From the NCBI GenBank assembly GCA_025451455.1, contig JANWKI010000047.1, positions 1 to 52,681 on the forward strand: DNA of 52,681 nt. The letters run 5' to 3'. Below, piece after piece: positions 1 to 9,241 of the stretch. Numbering within the stretch: the stretch's first letter is position 1; each line of letters opens with the position of its first letter. The DNA is from Ignavibacteria bacterium. Lineage in GTDB: Bacteria > Bacteroidota > Ignavibacteria > Tepidaquicellales > OLB5. The position numbers and the translations under genes were made by a program. A model generated the notes under the pieces. That model was given only the letters and a program-made list of their open reading frames with translations, was not told where the DNA came from and did not search any database.

Positions 1-2066
1 ATATACCCGTTTATCATAGCCCTGTCTGATCTTAAAGAAACCAGATTTGTATTATCTACCGCCTCTACTTTATAGGAAAGACTTCTGAACAGCCCCGCAC
101 AGCCGACAGGACCGCCTCCATATGGGAATAATGATATTGACTGATCGGTAAATTCATGCGTACCTGCCGGAACCGATTGCAGGAATTCGTATGATGGTTC
201 GAGATCAGGGCTGCAAACCAAAGAAATACCGCGGTAAATGTTATAAAGCCCGGGAGCCGATGAAGAGCCGTTGAAATCAGGCTCTGAGTTCAGATCCCAG
301 CTCAGCTTCGGGTGGAATTCCCCTGTTACAGGAGAAATAACAGATTTGACAGCTTTCAGATTCTTTGGTTTTGATGGGGGCAGCTCCTGAAGAGCAAGAT
401 TATCCCTAAAGTACACTTTAATTGTAATGCTCCCCGAAGTAGAATCTTTGCTCAATAGCTTAACTGATAATCCGGTATAGCTTTCATCACAGGCATCCGA
501 ACGCGGATTACTATATGGTGTAAACTGTTCATCATAGCCGATATTGTACGCATCAAGCCCGTCACCAAGCCAGTCATAAGCAACAAAATAATCATTAGGA
601 TTATCGGAGCAGGGATTATCATTTACTTCCTGCTGTGACCCCCAAACTGTATCAAGGGGCTGGTGATATTCACCCTTGCCATTGGGATTCCCGGCAGTTC
701 TTTCAAAGAGCGGGATTACAAAATTGTACTCCGGTATGAAATAAGGCACGTACCTATCGATATACCAGTTATAATTGCCGTCAGCCTGCTCGATAATGAT
801 TGGTTTATAAAAATTGCATTCTGCAGCGGGCATTTCATGAAATATAAATAATCCCTTTCCATAAGGGCAGTAAGGATCCTGCTGTACTCGGTTTATATCC
901 CAGCACTGCTTGCTGCCTCTTGAAATACCGTCATACTTAGATGCTTTCTGCTGGTTGGTTATAATAAAATCTTCCTCCTGATTTCGCAGCCTGAAAAGGA
1001 GCATATCGCCGGTTGCTGTAAAATCTCCAAGGGTATACACCGCAGAGCCGGAAGGAAAAGGATAATTCAGTGTTTGCGGTGTGACATAACCTATATCGAT
1101 CCGTTCACGGGGACTGAACGCAAAGCTGGAATGCTCAGCTCCCGTCATTAATCCTAATTCGTTATGGCCAAAAAAATACCGGTGGCACATTTCATGCAGC
1201 AGGATCATACTCATCCTCGAAAAGTTTTTCATCAGGTTAAGGCAGGTTACTCCGGCTTGTGAGTAGAGCAAAGTTCCGTCGAGGTAAAAATTCTCTATTA
1301 ATCCAAGATCTGAAATCCCTGAAGCAGGAATACCGACATTAATGAACCACAGATTTTCGGGGTAGCCGGGCACACGCCTGTAATCCATAACGATCATGTC
1401 AACGGCATGATCTCCGCCGCCGGGTTCCCACTGCCAGCCGGTACCATCTGAAGTCCAGTTATTGTATAGTGAAAAATCAATATTGTAAATTGAATCTGCC
1501 ATCTTAATTGCCTGGGAATTGATCTGTGCGCAGCTATATCCTAAAGCGCGGTACTGGTCAGATGTTAAAGGTAAAGTAATGGAATATTCATCACCTATAA
1601 CATCAAATTTCCCCATCGACATTTCGGAAAAGTAATCTGAAATAGTGTACTCCCTGTATTTTGTCATAAATGGAAGGGAAGTATCCCGTTCAGTTTGGTC
1701 TATAAATTTATTATCAGCTGTATAAGGGTTCTTTGGTTTATCCCATGCCGGGTTCCACCAAACTGCTGCCCCGTTCATTTGATCGCCGGCGAGATTGTCG
1801 TCAGGAAATCTTACATATAAAATAAGTATCCTTAAATACTGGCCTGGCTCCGGAGTAAACGATACCATCTCACTTTGAACGCTTTGCGGTCTGAGATTTG
1901 TTCCGCAATACATTTCCTTCTCAGAATTGTTTGTGCCAATAGAGTGATTTCCAATCAATCCCCGGGTAAAAACCTGGCTATTTGAGTAATTATCATTATA
2001 AGATTGCTGTGCAACACATAAGGTGCAAAACAACGGCAAAATAAACAGCCCCAAAACATTTCTCAT
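1..2066 (-). CDS. Secreted zinc-metalloprotease-like protein (metzincin-like HExxH...H); N-terminus complete, C-terminus runs off the window start
   Basis: Absent from the ORF track because it has no in-window stop. The reverse complement from 2066 reads ATG AGA AAT GTT TTG GGG.. = MRNVLGLFILPLFCTLCVAQQ, a signal peptide. Hand translation at 2000-2066, 1140-1240 and 1-60 stays open in that frame. HEMCHRYFFGH (HExxH plus His at +10) is encoded at 1164-1196. The C-terminal part (..LSWDLNSEPDFNG..YNIYRG..) looks FN3-like. Confidence 0.7.
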   Translation of the reverse strand, partial: MRNVLGLFILPLFCTLCVAQQSYNDNYSNSQVFTRGLIGNHSIGTNNSEKEMYCGTNLRPQSVQSEMVSFTPEPGQYLRILILYVRFPDDNLAGDQMNGAAVWWNPAWDKPKNPYTADNKFIDQTERDTSLPFMTKYREYTISDYFSEMSMGKFDVIGDEYSITLPLTSDQYRALGYSCAQINSQAIKMADSIYNIDFSLYNNWTSDGTGWQWEPGGGDHAVDMIVMDYRRVPGYPENLWFINVGIPASGISDLGLIENFYLDGTLLYSQAGVTCLNLMKNFSRMSMILLHEMCHRYFFGHNELGLMTGAEHSSFAFSPRERIDIGYVTPQTLNYPFPSGSAVYTLGDFTATGDMLLFRLRNQEEDFIITNQQKASKYDGISRGSKQCWDINRVQQDPYCPYGKGLFIFHEMPAAECNFYKPIIIEQADGNYNWYIDRYVPYFIPEYNFVIPLFERTAGNPNGKGEYHQPLDTVWGSQQEVNDNPCSDNPNDYFVAYDWLGDGLDAYNIGYDEQFTPYSNPRSDACDESYTGLSVKLLSKDSTSGSITIKVYFRDNLALQELPPSKPKNLKAVKSVISPVTGEFHPKLSWDLNSEPDFNGSSSAPGLYNIYRGISLVCSPDLEPSYEFLQSVPAGTHEFTDQSISLFPYGGGPVGCAGLFRSLSYKVEAVDNTNLVSLRSDRAMINGY

Positions 2067-2337
2067 ATAATATTCCCTTTAAAAATCGGAGTAAGATAAA
2101 CAATCGCTTCGAAAATAAACACATCAAAAAACTAAGTATTCCTAACTGTTTTGGTGAGTATTTTGTATTTATATCGTCATTCAGGGTTGCCTTAAATACC
2201 CTGCACGATGAGCCGAATACTGCTGTTTAGATGGGTGTCATTGGCTTACAATTTCACTTCAAAACAATTCATTCCATTAACTTAATGTACTAATTAATGT
2301 CATTTTTATATGAAATCGCTTTATCTATGTTAACCGG

Positions 2338-4014
2338 ATGTTTTTATATTTAAGAACAAATTTAAAATTAATCCTGATTTCTTCGGTTTTCTGGATCCTG
2401 CTTTCCCCGTATTTATTTTCGCAGGTAAGCCGTGAATGGGTCAACCGTTTTAACGGTTCCGATAACAGGTTCGATATAGCTTGTTCCATAAAACTGGATG
2501 CCGGTTCAAATATATTTCTTTCGGGCACAACAGCTTCCGCGGGTACATCAACAGATATACTGGCGCTTAAATACAGCCCCACGGGTGCAGTATTATGGAC
2601 AAATGTTTTCAATGGTTTTTCAAATTCCGTTGACCAGGCAAACAGCTCTTACCTGGATGCATTGGGAAATTTTTATATTACAGGCTTTACCTCGGATACA
2701 AGTGATGTACTTAAGATCATTACGATAAAATATTCTTCCGGAGGAGCTATTTTATGGCACAGGGTTTTTTTACCTCCGGCATACAATCAGGGAATGGGAC
2801 AGGCTGTACTTACCGATAATAATTCGAATGTTTATTCCTGCGGGTATATCAGAAGAGCAAACGGCTCGCATACATTAGTTTTATTAAAATATTCACCTGC
2901 CGGAGCTTTGCTGGATACGGCACGGTTCAATATAACAAATTCAAGCAGCGAAATACCTGTATCATTTTGTTCTGATCCAGGCGGCAATATATATATTCTC
3001 GCTTCCACAAACGCTATAAGCGGATCAAATGATATATTGATGTTAAAATATAACCAGGCATTAGATCTTCTCTGGCAGAACACTTTCAGCGGCACTGCAT
3101 CAGGCGGTGATATTCCTGTCCAAATGCTTTTAAGCAATGATAACAAACTTGTGGTATCGGCTTCTGTCTATAATTCAGCCGGCGGGCTTGATTACGGCAC
3201 TTACCGGTTTGATACAAATTCGGTGCTTATCATGCAGTATTTTTACAACGGTACCGGAAATAACCAGGATATACCTTACTCAATTGCTGCGGATGCTGCA
3301 AATAATATCTATGTTACAGGAAGCTCAAGAAATGCAGATACACTTGGCTCGGAAGATATTCTTACTTTAAAGATTGATCCGACCGGGCTGTTGCTCTGGC
3401 AAAGAAGGTATAACGGCACCGGAAGAGGAATGGATTACGGAACTTCAGTTGCTGTTGATAATTCAGGGAACGTATTTGTAGGAGGAACTACCGATAAACA
3501 CGATATTCACCTTGCATATGCTCTTTTGAAATACGGTCCTACAGGCGACCTGTTCTGGCTTGAAGAATACAGCAGGCAGGAAAGATCTGAGGATTTTGTT
3601 TATACAGTTGCAGTTGATAATAATCATAATATATTTGTTACCGGTATAAGTTTTGACAGTACAAGCGATTATGACATTGCTACTATAAAATATTCCGAGC
3701 CAATCGGCATTATTCCTGTTTCAACAGAAGAGCCCCGGAATTTTATGCTCTATCAGAATTATCCAAATCCTTTTAATCCTGAAACGAAGATAAAGTTTGA
3801 TATAGCATTAAACATAGATCGTGTAATTTCAATTGTGAAACTGGCAGTTTATGACTGCACTGGAAGAGTAGTAGCAACACTATTAAATGGGGAGTTGCGG
3901 GCAGGAAGTTATGAATATACATGGAATGCCTTGGATTACCCGAGCGGGATATATTTTTGCGTCCTGAATTCCGGAGGATATACGGAAATTAACAGGATGG
4001 TACTTGTCAAATAG
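2338..4014 (+). CDS. Secreted beta-propeller repeat protein (SBBP-like repeats) with T9SS C-terminal sorting domain
   Basis: N-terminal signal peptide. Repeated ~50-aa units of the type ..ILALKYSPTGAVLW.., ..ITIKYSSGGAILW.., ..VLLKYSPAGALL.., ..ALLKYGPTGDLFW... C-terminus ..YQNYPNPFNPETKIKFDI...GIYFCVL...RMVLVK is a T9SS CTD. Confidence 0.85.
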   Translation: MFLYLRTNLKLILISSVFWILLSPYLFSQVSREWVNRFNGSDNRFDIACSIKLDAGSNIFLSGTTASAGTSTDILALKYSPTGAVLWTNVFNGFSNSVDQANSSYLDALGNFYITGFTSDTSDVLKIITIKYSSGGAILWHRVFLPPAYNQGMGQAVLTDNNSNVYSCGYIRRANGSHTLVLLKYSPAGALLDTARFNITNSSSEIPVSFCSDPGGNIYILASTNAISGSNDILMLKYNQALDLLWQNTFSGTASGGDIPVQMLLSNDNKLVVSASVYNSAGGLDYGTYRFDTNSVLIMQYFYNGTGNNQDIPYSIAADAANNIYVTGSSRNADTLGSEDILTLKIDPTGLLLWQRRYNGTGRGMDYGTSVAVDNSGNVFVGGTTDKHDIHLAYALLKYGPTGDLFWLEEYSRQERSEDFVYTVAVDNNHNIFVTGISFDSTSDYDIATIKYSEPIGIIPVSTEEPRNFMLYQNYPNPFNPETKIKFDIALNIDRVISIVKLAVYDCTGRVVATLLNGELRAGSYEYTWNALDYPSGIYFCVLNSGGYTEINRMVLVK

Positions 4015-4199
4015 CAGTTTCAAATCACCGCCTGTTTATCAAAAACCTTAATTTTTGCCTGAAATCAGTACTATGGGACAAATGTCATTCTTTTATTAGA
4101 CTTGAAATTTTAATGAAAATAAATTAGTTTTAGCAATACAAAATCCGGAAAAAATTAAAAAAATTTTAATTCTTAAATAAAAGAGAGAGGAAACAAAAA

Positions 4200-5240
4200 A
4201 TGAAAAAGCATTTACTTATTGTAATTGCGCTCATTACTCTTGTTGGTTCATTATACTCACAGGCGCAAAGATTAGCTCATTTTGAAAACTGGACAAGTTC
4301 AACATGCGGTCCATGTGCATCAAATAATCCTGCTTTAAAGGTATGGATACAGTCACACTGGAATGCATTGACTGCAGTATCATATCATGTTGGCTGGCCT
4401 TCACCGGGCAATGACCCGATGTATCTTCTTAATCCTTCGGAATCATATGACAGAAGATATTATTATGGTGTAAACGCTGTTCCGGAAGGAATCCTGCAGG
4501 GGACACAGATATACATTGGAAGTCCGTTTAACTGGACAAGTTTGAGCGCATTTTATGATTATTATACCGGAAGCGGTGCGGCATCATCAGTACAGGTTGT
4601 AGATACAAGAATTGCCGGTGATTCTATAAAATGTAATGTTACAGTTACTAATTTGTCAACTTTACCGGCCGGAACATACATCATGAGAACGATGGTTGTT
4701 GAAAGATGGGTTGTATACACTACACCTCCTGGAACAAACGGCGAGACAATTTTCGGAAACGTTTTCAGAAAATCACTGCCAAGTGTTGCAGGCACACCTA
4801 TTTCAACAGCACCTGGAACTTATAATTTTGAGTTCAGGTATAAAGTAGTTGCTCCGTGGAATGACTCTTCAATTTATACTATGGCTTTCATACAGAACGA
4901 TGTTGACAAGATGGTTCTTAATTCAGGACGTCCGGGAATGTTAGTTGGAATAGAGCCGTATATCAACAATACACCGGCAAGTTTTTCACTCAGCCAGAAC
5001 TATCCTAATCCGTTCAACCCAACAACCAACATTAAATTTACTTTGCCGAAAGAAAGCAATGTAACTTTAAAGGTTTATGATATGCTGGGCAGCGAAGTCA
5101 GGACACTTGTTGACGGAAATCAAAGAGCCGGAAGCTATAACATTTACTTTGATGCAGCAAATCTTTCAAGCGGAATTTATTTCTATACCTTAAAAACAAA
5201 TGAATTTGCCGATACAAGAAAAATGATCTTAGTGAAGTAA
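4200..5240 (+). CDS. T9SS-exported thioredoxin-fold-like protein (CGPC motif), paralog 1
   Basis: Signal peptide. FENWTSSTCGPCASNNPALK resembles the thioredoxin WCGPC active site. YYGVNAVPEGIL resembles the Trx cis-Pro loop (YGIRGIPT). C-terminus SLSQNYPNPFNPTTNIKF...GIYFYTL...RKMILVK is a T9SS CTD. RBS-like GAGAGAGG lies upstream. Confidence 0.8.
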   Translation: MKKHLLIVIALITLVGSLYSQAQRLAHFENWTSSTCGPCASNNPALKVWIQSHWNALTAVSYHVGWPSPGNDPMYLLNPSESYDRRYYYGVNAVPEGILQGTQIYIGSPFNWTSLSAFYDYYTGSGAASSVQVVDTRIAGDSIKCNVTVTNLSTLPAGTYIMRTMVVERWVVYTTPPGTNGETIFGNVFRKSLPSVAGTPISTAPGTYNFEFRYKVVAPWNDSSIYTMAFIQNDVDKMVLNSGRPGMLVGIEPYINNTPASFSLSQNYPNPFNPTTNIKFTLPKESNVTLKVYDMLGSEVRTLVDGNQRAGSYNIYFDAANLSSGIYFYTLKTNEFADTRKMILVK

Positions 5241-5273
5241 TAACTTAGAAACATTTTTTAGAATCAGCTTTTA

Positions 5274-5304
5274 CAGAACAAGGGGTTTAATACCCCTTGT
5301 TCTG
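5274..5304 (+). terminator. Hairpin terminator after Trx-like paralog 1
   Basis: Perfect 12-bp stem CAGAACAAGGGG / CCCCTTGTTCTG with a 7-nt loop. The trailing sequence is TA-rich rather than a clean U-run. Confidence 0.6.
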
Positions 5305-5349
5305 TATATAATAATCATCATCAAAATATTTTCAAATATTATTAATAAT

Positions 5350-6393
5350 ATGAAAAGAACTTACATTATATTTTCAATTTTAGCGCTAGTGCTTTCCTTT
5401 AATTCTGCAAAAGCTCAGTTTGTCAGGAAGGTGTTGTTTGAAGAAGCAACCAATGCTTCCTGCGGACCCTGCGCTGCAAACAACCCGGCATTAAAAGCAT
5501 ATATTGATTCCAAAGGTGATTCTATTATTGCGATCATGTATCACGCAAGTTTTCCGGGTACTGATGCAATGTACCTTCACAATCCTTCACAGAACTCCGA
5601 AAGGTATGCTGCATATTACGGAATGAATGCAATGCCATGGCTGAATGTAGACGGAATAATCAATGATGTGTGGCCATTTTCACTTGCAAACCTCAACAAT
5701 GCATACTTCGGCAGGCTTGCCATTCAGGCGCCGCTTACTATAACAGTTGTTGACCAGAGAATTGCAGGTGACTCCATCAGGGCAACAGTTACCGTGAACC
5801 TTCCTTCAAGCCTCCCTGCCGGTAATTACAAGCTGAGGATAATGGCAATTGAAAAATGGGTGATTAACCCTGTACCACCGGGCAACAACGGCGAAACACA
5901 GTTTGAACACGTTTTCAGAAGGGCATTTCCAAATACTGCAGGTACAACATTTCCCGGGATTTCAGGAAATCATATTTATACATTTACCTATAAGCGCGAT
6001 CCGGTTTGGAATGATTCATCAATAATAACAGTTGCATTCATACAGAATGACAACAATAAGGAAGTGCTCAATGTCGGCAAGGGTTCTGTTATCCCGACGG
6101 GCATAAATAATACAAATTCTGAAGTGCCGGGTTCTTTTTCTCTTTCACAGAATTATCCGAACCCGTTCAACCCCGTGACAAATATTACATTCGGGCTTCC
6201 GGTTTCATCTCATGTTACGCTGAGGGTGTTTGATATTCTTGGCAGGGAATCTGAAGTTCTTGCAAACGGTGATTTCAGCGCCGGGAAATATAATGTTGAT
6301 TTTGATGCTTCAAGTTTAAGCAGCGGTTTATATTTTTACACATTAGAAGCCGGTGATTTCAGAGAAACCAGAAAGATGTTGTTGATAAAGTAA
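5350..6393 (+). CDS. T9SS-exported thioredoxin-fold-like protein (CGPC motif), paralog 2
   Basis: Collinear with 4200-5240 over the full length: SCGPCAANNPALK, YYGMNAMP, VVDQRIAGDSI, PPGNNGET, WNDSSI..AFIQND, SLSQNYPNPFNPVTNI. Confidence 0.8.
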   Translation: MKRTYIIFSILALVLSFNSAKAQFVRKVLFEEATNASCGPCAANNPALKAYIDSKGDSIIAIMYHASFPGTDAMYLHNPSQNSERYAAYYGMNAMPWLNVDGIINDVWPFSLANLNNAYFGRLAIQAPLTITVVDQRIAGDSIRATVTVNLPSSLPAGNYKLRIMAIEKWVINPVPPGNNGETQFEHVFRRAFPNTAGTTFPGISGNHIYTFTYKRDPVWNDSSIITVAFIQNDNNKEVLNVGKGSVIPTGINNTNSEVPGSFSLSQNYPNPFNPVTNITFGLPVSSHVTLRVFDILGRESEVLANGDFSAGKYNVDFDASSLSSGLYFYTLEAGDFRETRKMLLIK

Positions 6394-6465
6394 TGAATTA
6401 CTTTTGAAATCATCATATGGTGGATTGATAAAATAACAATGCTCAATACAAATTTGGCATTTCCA

Positions 6466-6503
6466 AACCTGACAGGCTTTTTTAAATCCCGTCAGGTTTT
6501 TTG
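6466..6503 (+). terminator. Intrinsic terminator after Trx-like paralog 2
   Basis: AACCTGAC(AGG)...(CCC)GTCAGGTT stem followed by TTTTTG. Confidence 0.7.
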
Positions 6504-6679
6504 TTGACCTAGTCCAATTCCGGAAATAGCGGCATACTTCTTGTTTTAACAGTGTTATTTAAGTTTGTTTTCCTGTAGAATAAACTTTGATATATTTCTC
6601 TGATTAATTATTGTTCTAATGGGCAATTATAGCCGTGTAACTATTAATAATTTTCTTTTATATTGAAAGAATTTCTGTC

Positions 6680-7393
6680 GTGAATAAAATAAACCAGATC
6701 ATATCCCTGCTTAAAAAGGAATTCCCGGGGCCTGACCCCCAACCAAGCAGGTCAGATCCTTTGGATGTGTTAATAGCAACGATGCTTTCTCAGAATACAA
6801 CTGATAAGACAAGTTACAGGGCGTTTGAAAATCTGAAGAAAGATTTCAAAGACTGGAATGATGTAATGAATTCCGCTCCGGCTAAGATCAAAAGAGCTAT
6901 ACGGGTTTGCGGCCTTACAAATCAGAAGTCCGGAAGCATTCAGTCCATGCTGAAGAAACTGAAAAAAACCCGGGGTGAATTGAGCCTTAATTATATCAAA
7001 AAGATGACAAGTGATGATATCTATGATGATTTACTGCAATATGGCGGAGTTGGCGTGAAAACCATTTCATGTGTTCTGGCATTTGGGCTTGGGAGAGATG
7101 TTTTTCCTGTTGATACTCATGTTCACAGGCTGGCTAACAGGCTTGGAATTGCCTGCACAAAAACACCCGATAAAACTTTTGCAGCACTAAAGGATAAGAT
7201 ACCCGAAGGGAAAAGATTTTTATTGCACACTCTTCTTATCAGGTTTGGCAGGAAAGTTTGCAGGTCCGCCAGCCCCATTTGCGGTGAATGCAGATTGTAT
7301 GATATTTGCGAGTTCAAAGATAAGGAACTCTATGCAATGAAGAACGAATCTGTACCCAGGGAGAACAATTTTATAATTTTAGAGCACGTCTGA
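6680..7393 (+). CDS. nth: Endonuclease III family DNA glycosylase (HhH-GPD with 4Fe-4S cluster loop)
   Basis: GTG start. Helix-hairpin-helix GVGVKTISCVLAFGLGRDVFPVDTHVHRLANRLG, with Lys and Asp at the expected catalytic positions. C-terminal C-x6-C-x2-C-x5-C (CRSASPICGECRLYDIC). Confidence 0.8.
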   Translation: MNKINQIISLLKKEFPGPDPQPSRSDPLDVLIATMLSQNTTDKTSYRAFENLKKDFKDWNDVMNSAPAKIKRAIRVCGLTNQKSGSIQSMLKKLKKTRGELSLNYIKKMTSDDIYDDLLQYGGVGVKTISCVLAFGLGRDVFPVDTHVHRLANRLGIACTKTPDKTFAALKDKIPEGKRFLLHTLLIRFGRKVCRSASPICGECRLYDICEFKDKELYAMKNESVPRENNFIILEHV

Positions 7394-7398
7394 AAAAA

Positions 7399-8421
7399 GT
7401 GAATTTCGACAAAAATAAGGTACATAAAATACTGGTGATCAAGCCAATGGCTATCGGAGATGTGCTGCTTGCAACTCCGGTTATCGAGAACTTAAGGCAT
7501 AACTTTCCTGATGCAGTTATAAATTTTTTGACTCAGGATTTCTGCAGAGAAGTGCTTGTTGATAATCCCTTTCTGACCAGGGTATTAACATATGATATTA
7601 AGAAAGGGGATAGTTCATACTGTCTTATCAGGAATGTTCACAACCAGGATTATGATCTGATCATAGATCTCTTCGGCAATCCAAGGACCGCTATTTTGGT
7701 GCTGAACAGCGAAGCAAAGTATAAAGTTGGCTACAAGTTCGGCTGGAGAAGATTTGCTTACAATATTAAGATAAAACCCAGAAGCAGCGAAGTGCATAAT
7801 ATTGAGTTTAACCTTGATAGTTTGAGGACACTTGGACTTGAGATTATTACAAGCAAGCCAAAGTTCTATTTAAATTCAGTTCACAGGGAATTTGCTGACA
7901 GGTTTTTTGTTCAGCACGGTTTATCTGATAATGTGATCGGGATAAATCCAAGCGGCACATGGCCTACAAAAATATGGCCCCTTGAAAAGTTCACAGAACT
8001 TGCAAAAAGACTCAGCAGCGAATATAAGATATTAATGTTCTGGGGTTATCAAAATGAAAAAGAAGATGCATTAAAGATCAAAAATGCCGTCGGAGAAAAT
8101 GCAATCATTATTCCAGAAGTAAACCTTAAGTATACAGGAGCGCTCCTTGAAAAATGCAGATTGCTTATCACCAACGATACCGGGCCGATGCATATTGCAT
8201 GGTGCCTGGGGGTCAGCACGTCAGTAATATTCGGACCGACAAATTCGCATTTACAGGGACCCTTGAGCACTAACTCAATTGTGATTAAAAATGAATCGCT
8301 CTCGTGTCTGGGATGTAACCTGACCGAGATAGCAGATTGCCCGAATCAGCATAAATGCATGCAGGATCTAAGTGTTGATGAGGTTTACAGTAAAATAATT
8401 AATTTCATGAATTTAAACTGA
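7399..8421 (+). CDS. Glycosyltransferase family 9 (LPS heptosyltransferase-like)
   Basis: N-terminus KILVIKPMAIGDVLLATPVIENLR and C-terminal ..LLITNDTGPMHIA.. are typical GT9 signatures. Confidence 0.85.
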   Translation: MNFDKNKVHKILVIKPMAIGDVLLATPVIENLRHNFPDAVINFLTQDFCREVLVDNPFLTRVLTYDIKKGDSSYCLIRNVHNQDYDLIIDLFGNPRTAILVLNSEAKYKVGYKFGWRRFAYNIKIKPRSSEVHNIEFNLDSLRTLGLEIITSKPKFYLNSVHREFADRFFVQHGLSDNVIGINPSGTWPTKIWPLEKFTELAKRLSSEYKILMFWGYQNEKEDALKIKNAVGENAIIIPEVNLKYTGALLEKCRLLITNDTGPMHIAWCLGVSTSVIFGPTNSHLQGPLSTNSIVIKNESLSCLGCNLTEIADCPNQHKCMQDLSVDEVYSKIINFMNLN

Positions 8422-8484
8422 CTCCACCGGAACTAATGGTTAGAAGTTCAGGTTTTTAATTTCGAACACTATAATAGAAGTTAA

Positions 8485-8982
8485 ATGAAAAATAATTTAA
8501 AACTTTCATATTTTCTGTTCCTGGCAGCACTTGCAGGCTTAAATAATATTGTATATTCACAATTGAGTTTTGAAGAAGCCCTGGCAAAGGCAAAAACTGA
8601 TAACAAAAGAGTGATAGTTGATATATATACTGACTGGTGCGGATGGTGTAAAAAAATGGATAAAGATGTTTACGGTAATTCTGAAATAAAGAAGATCGTA
8701 AAAAAGAGCTTCGTATTTGTGAAACTTGATGCCGAGAGCCTGGGATTAATCAGTTATAAAGGAAAAAAATACACAGGCGCTGAACTGGCTGAGTATTTCG
8801 AAGCGACCGGTTATCCAACAACAATTTTTCTTGAACCGGACGGCAGTGTCATAAAATTTACATATGATTCATCAACTATGAAGAACATTCCGGGGTATTT
8901 TAAAAAAGATGACTTCAAAAAGATTCTGATCTTTTTTAGGGATGGAAAGTATAAAGATTCTGACCTGAGCAAGGAAGTATGA
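8485..8982 (+). CDS. Periplasmic thioredoxin-fold protein (CxxC)
   Basis: Signal peptide. DIYTDWCGWCKKMD CxxC motif. cis-Pro region ATGYPTTIFLEPDG. Confidence 0.8.
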   Translation: MKNNLKLSYFLFLAALAGLNNIVYSQLSFEEALAKAKTDNKRVIVDIYTDWCGWCKKMDKDVYGNSEIKKIVKKSFVFVKLDAESLGLISYKGKKYTGAELAEYFEATGYPTTIFLEPDGSVIKFTYDSSTMKNIPGYFKKDDFKKILIFFRDGKYKDSDLSKEV

Positions 8983-9023
8983 TATAATAGAAAATTCATT
9001 AAGTTACTGTTTCCAAGGCATAG

Positions 9024-9046
9024 AGGCGGTCACAGACCGCCTTTTC
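9024..9046 (+). terminator. Intrinsic terminator after the thioredoxin-fold gene
   Basis: AGGCGGTC-ACA-GACCGCCT followed by TTTTC. Confidence 0.7.
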
Positions 9047-9241
9047 AATTGTTAAGAAATCCAGGAACATGATGTTAGATTCCGGAAGTATTTGTTAAAA
9101 CCGCATTAAGACATTCTGTTTTTTGCCCATTTTCGGGAATTACCCTTAATATTGTCCAAATAATACGTTCACACGTTGTTAATTTTATTTGATGATCTTT
9201 GTATATACATAGATGAAAAAATTAAAATTAAACTGATTAAA

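Noticed and set aside
663-851. 62-aa plus-strand ORF, the only track ORF in the first 2.3 kb
   Set aside because: It lies entirely inside, and antisense to, the long minus-strand metalloprotease-like CDS (1-2066).
3760-3800. Nucleotide-level repeats (CAGAATTATCCnAATCCnTTTAAyCC) recurring at five sites, as a possible dispersed repeat or mobile element
   Set aside because: They all encode the conserved QNYPNPFNP motif of T9SS C-terminal domains. This is coding-sequence conservation, not a mobile repeat.
9176-9241. N-terminal extension of the TonB-dependent receptor (TTG start at 9176)
   Set aside because: The extension (MLILFDDLCIYIDEKIKIKLIK) precedes a canonical signal peptide that begins at ATG 9242. 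The shorter form is far more plausible.
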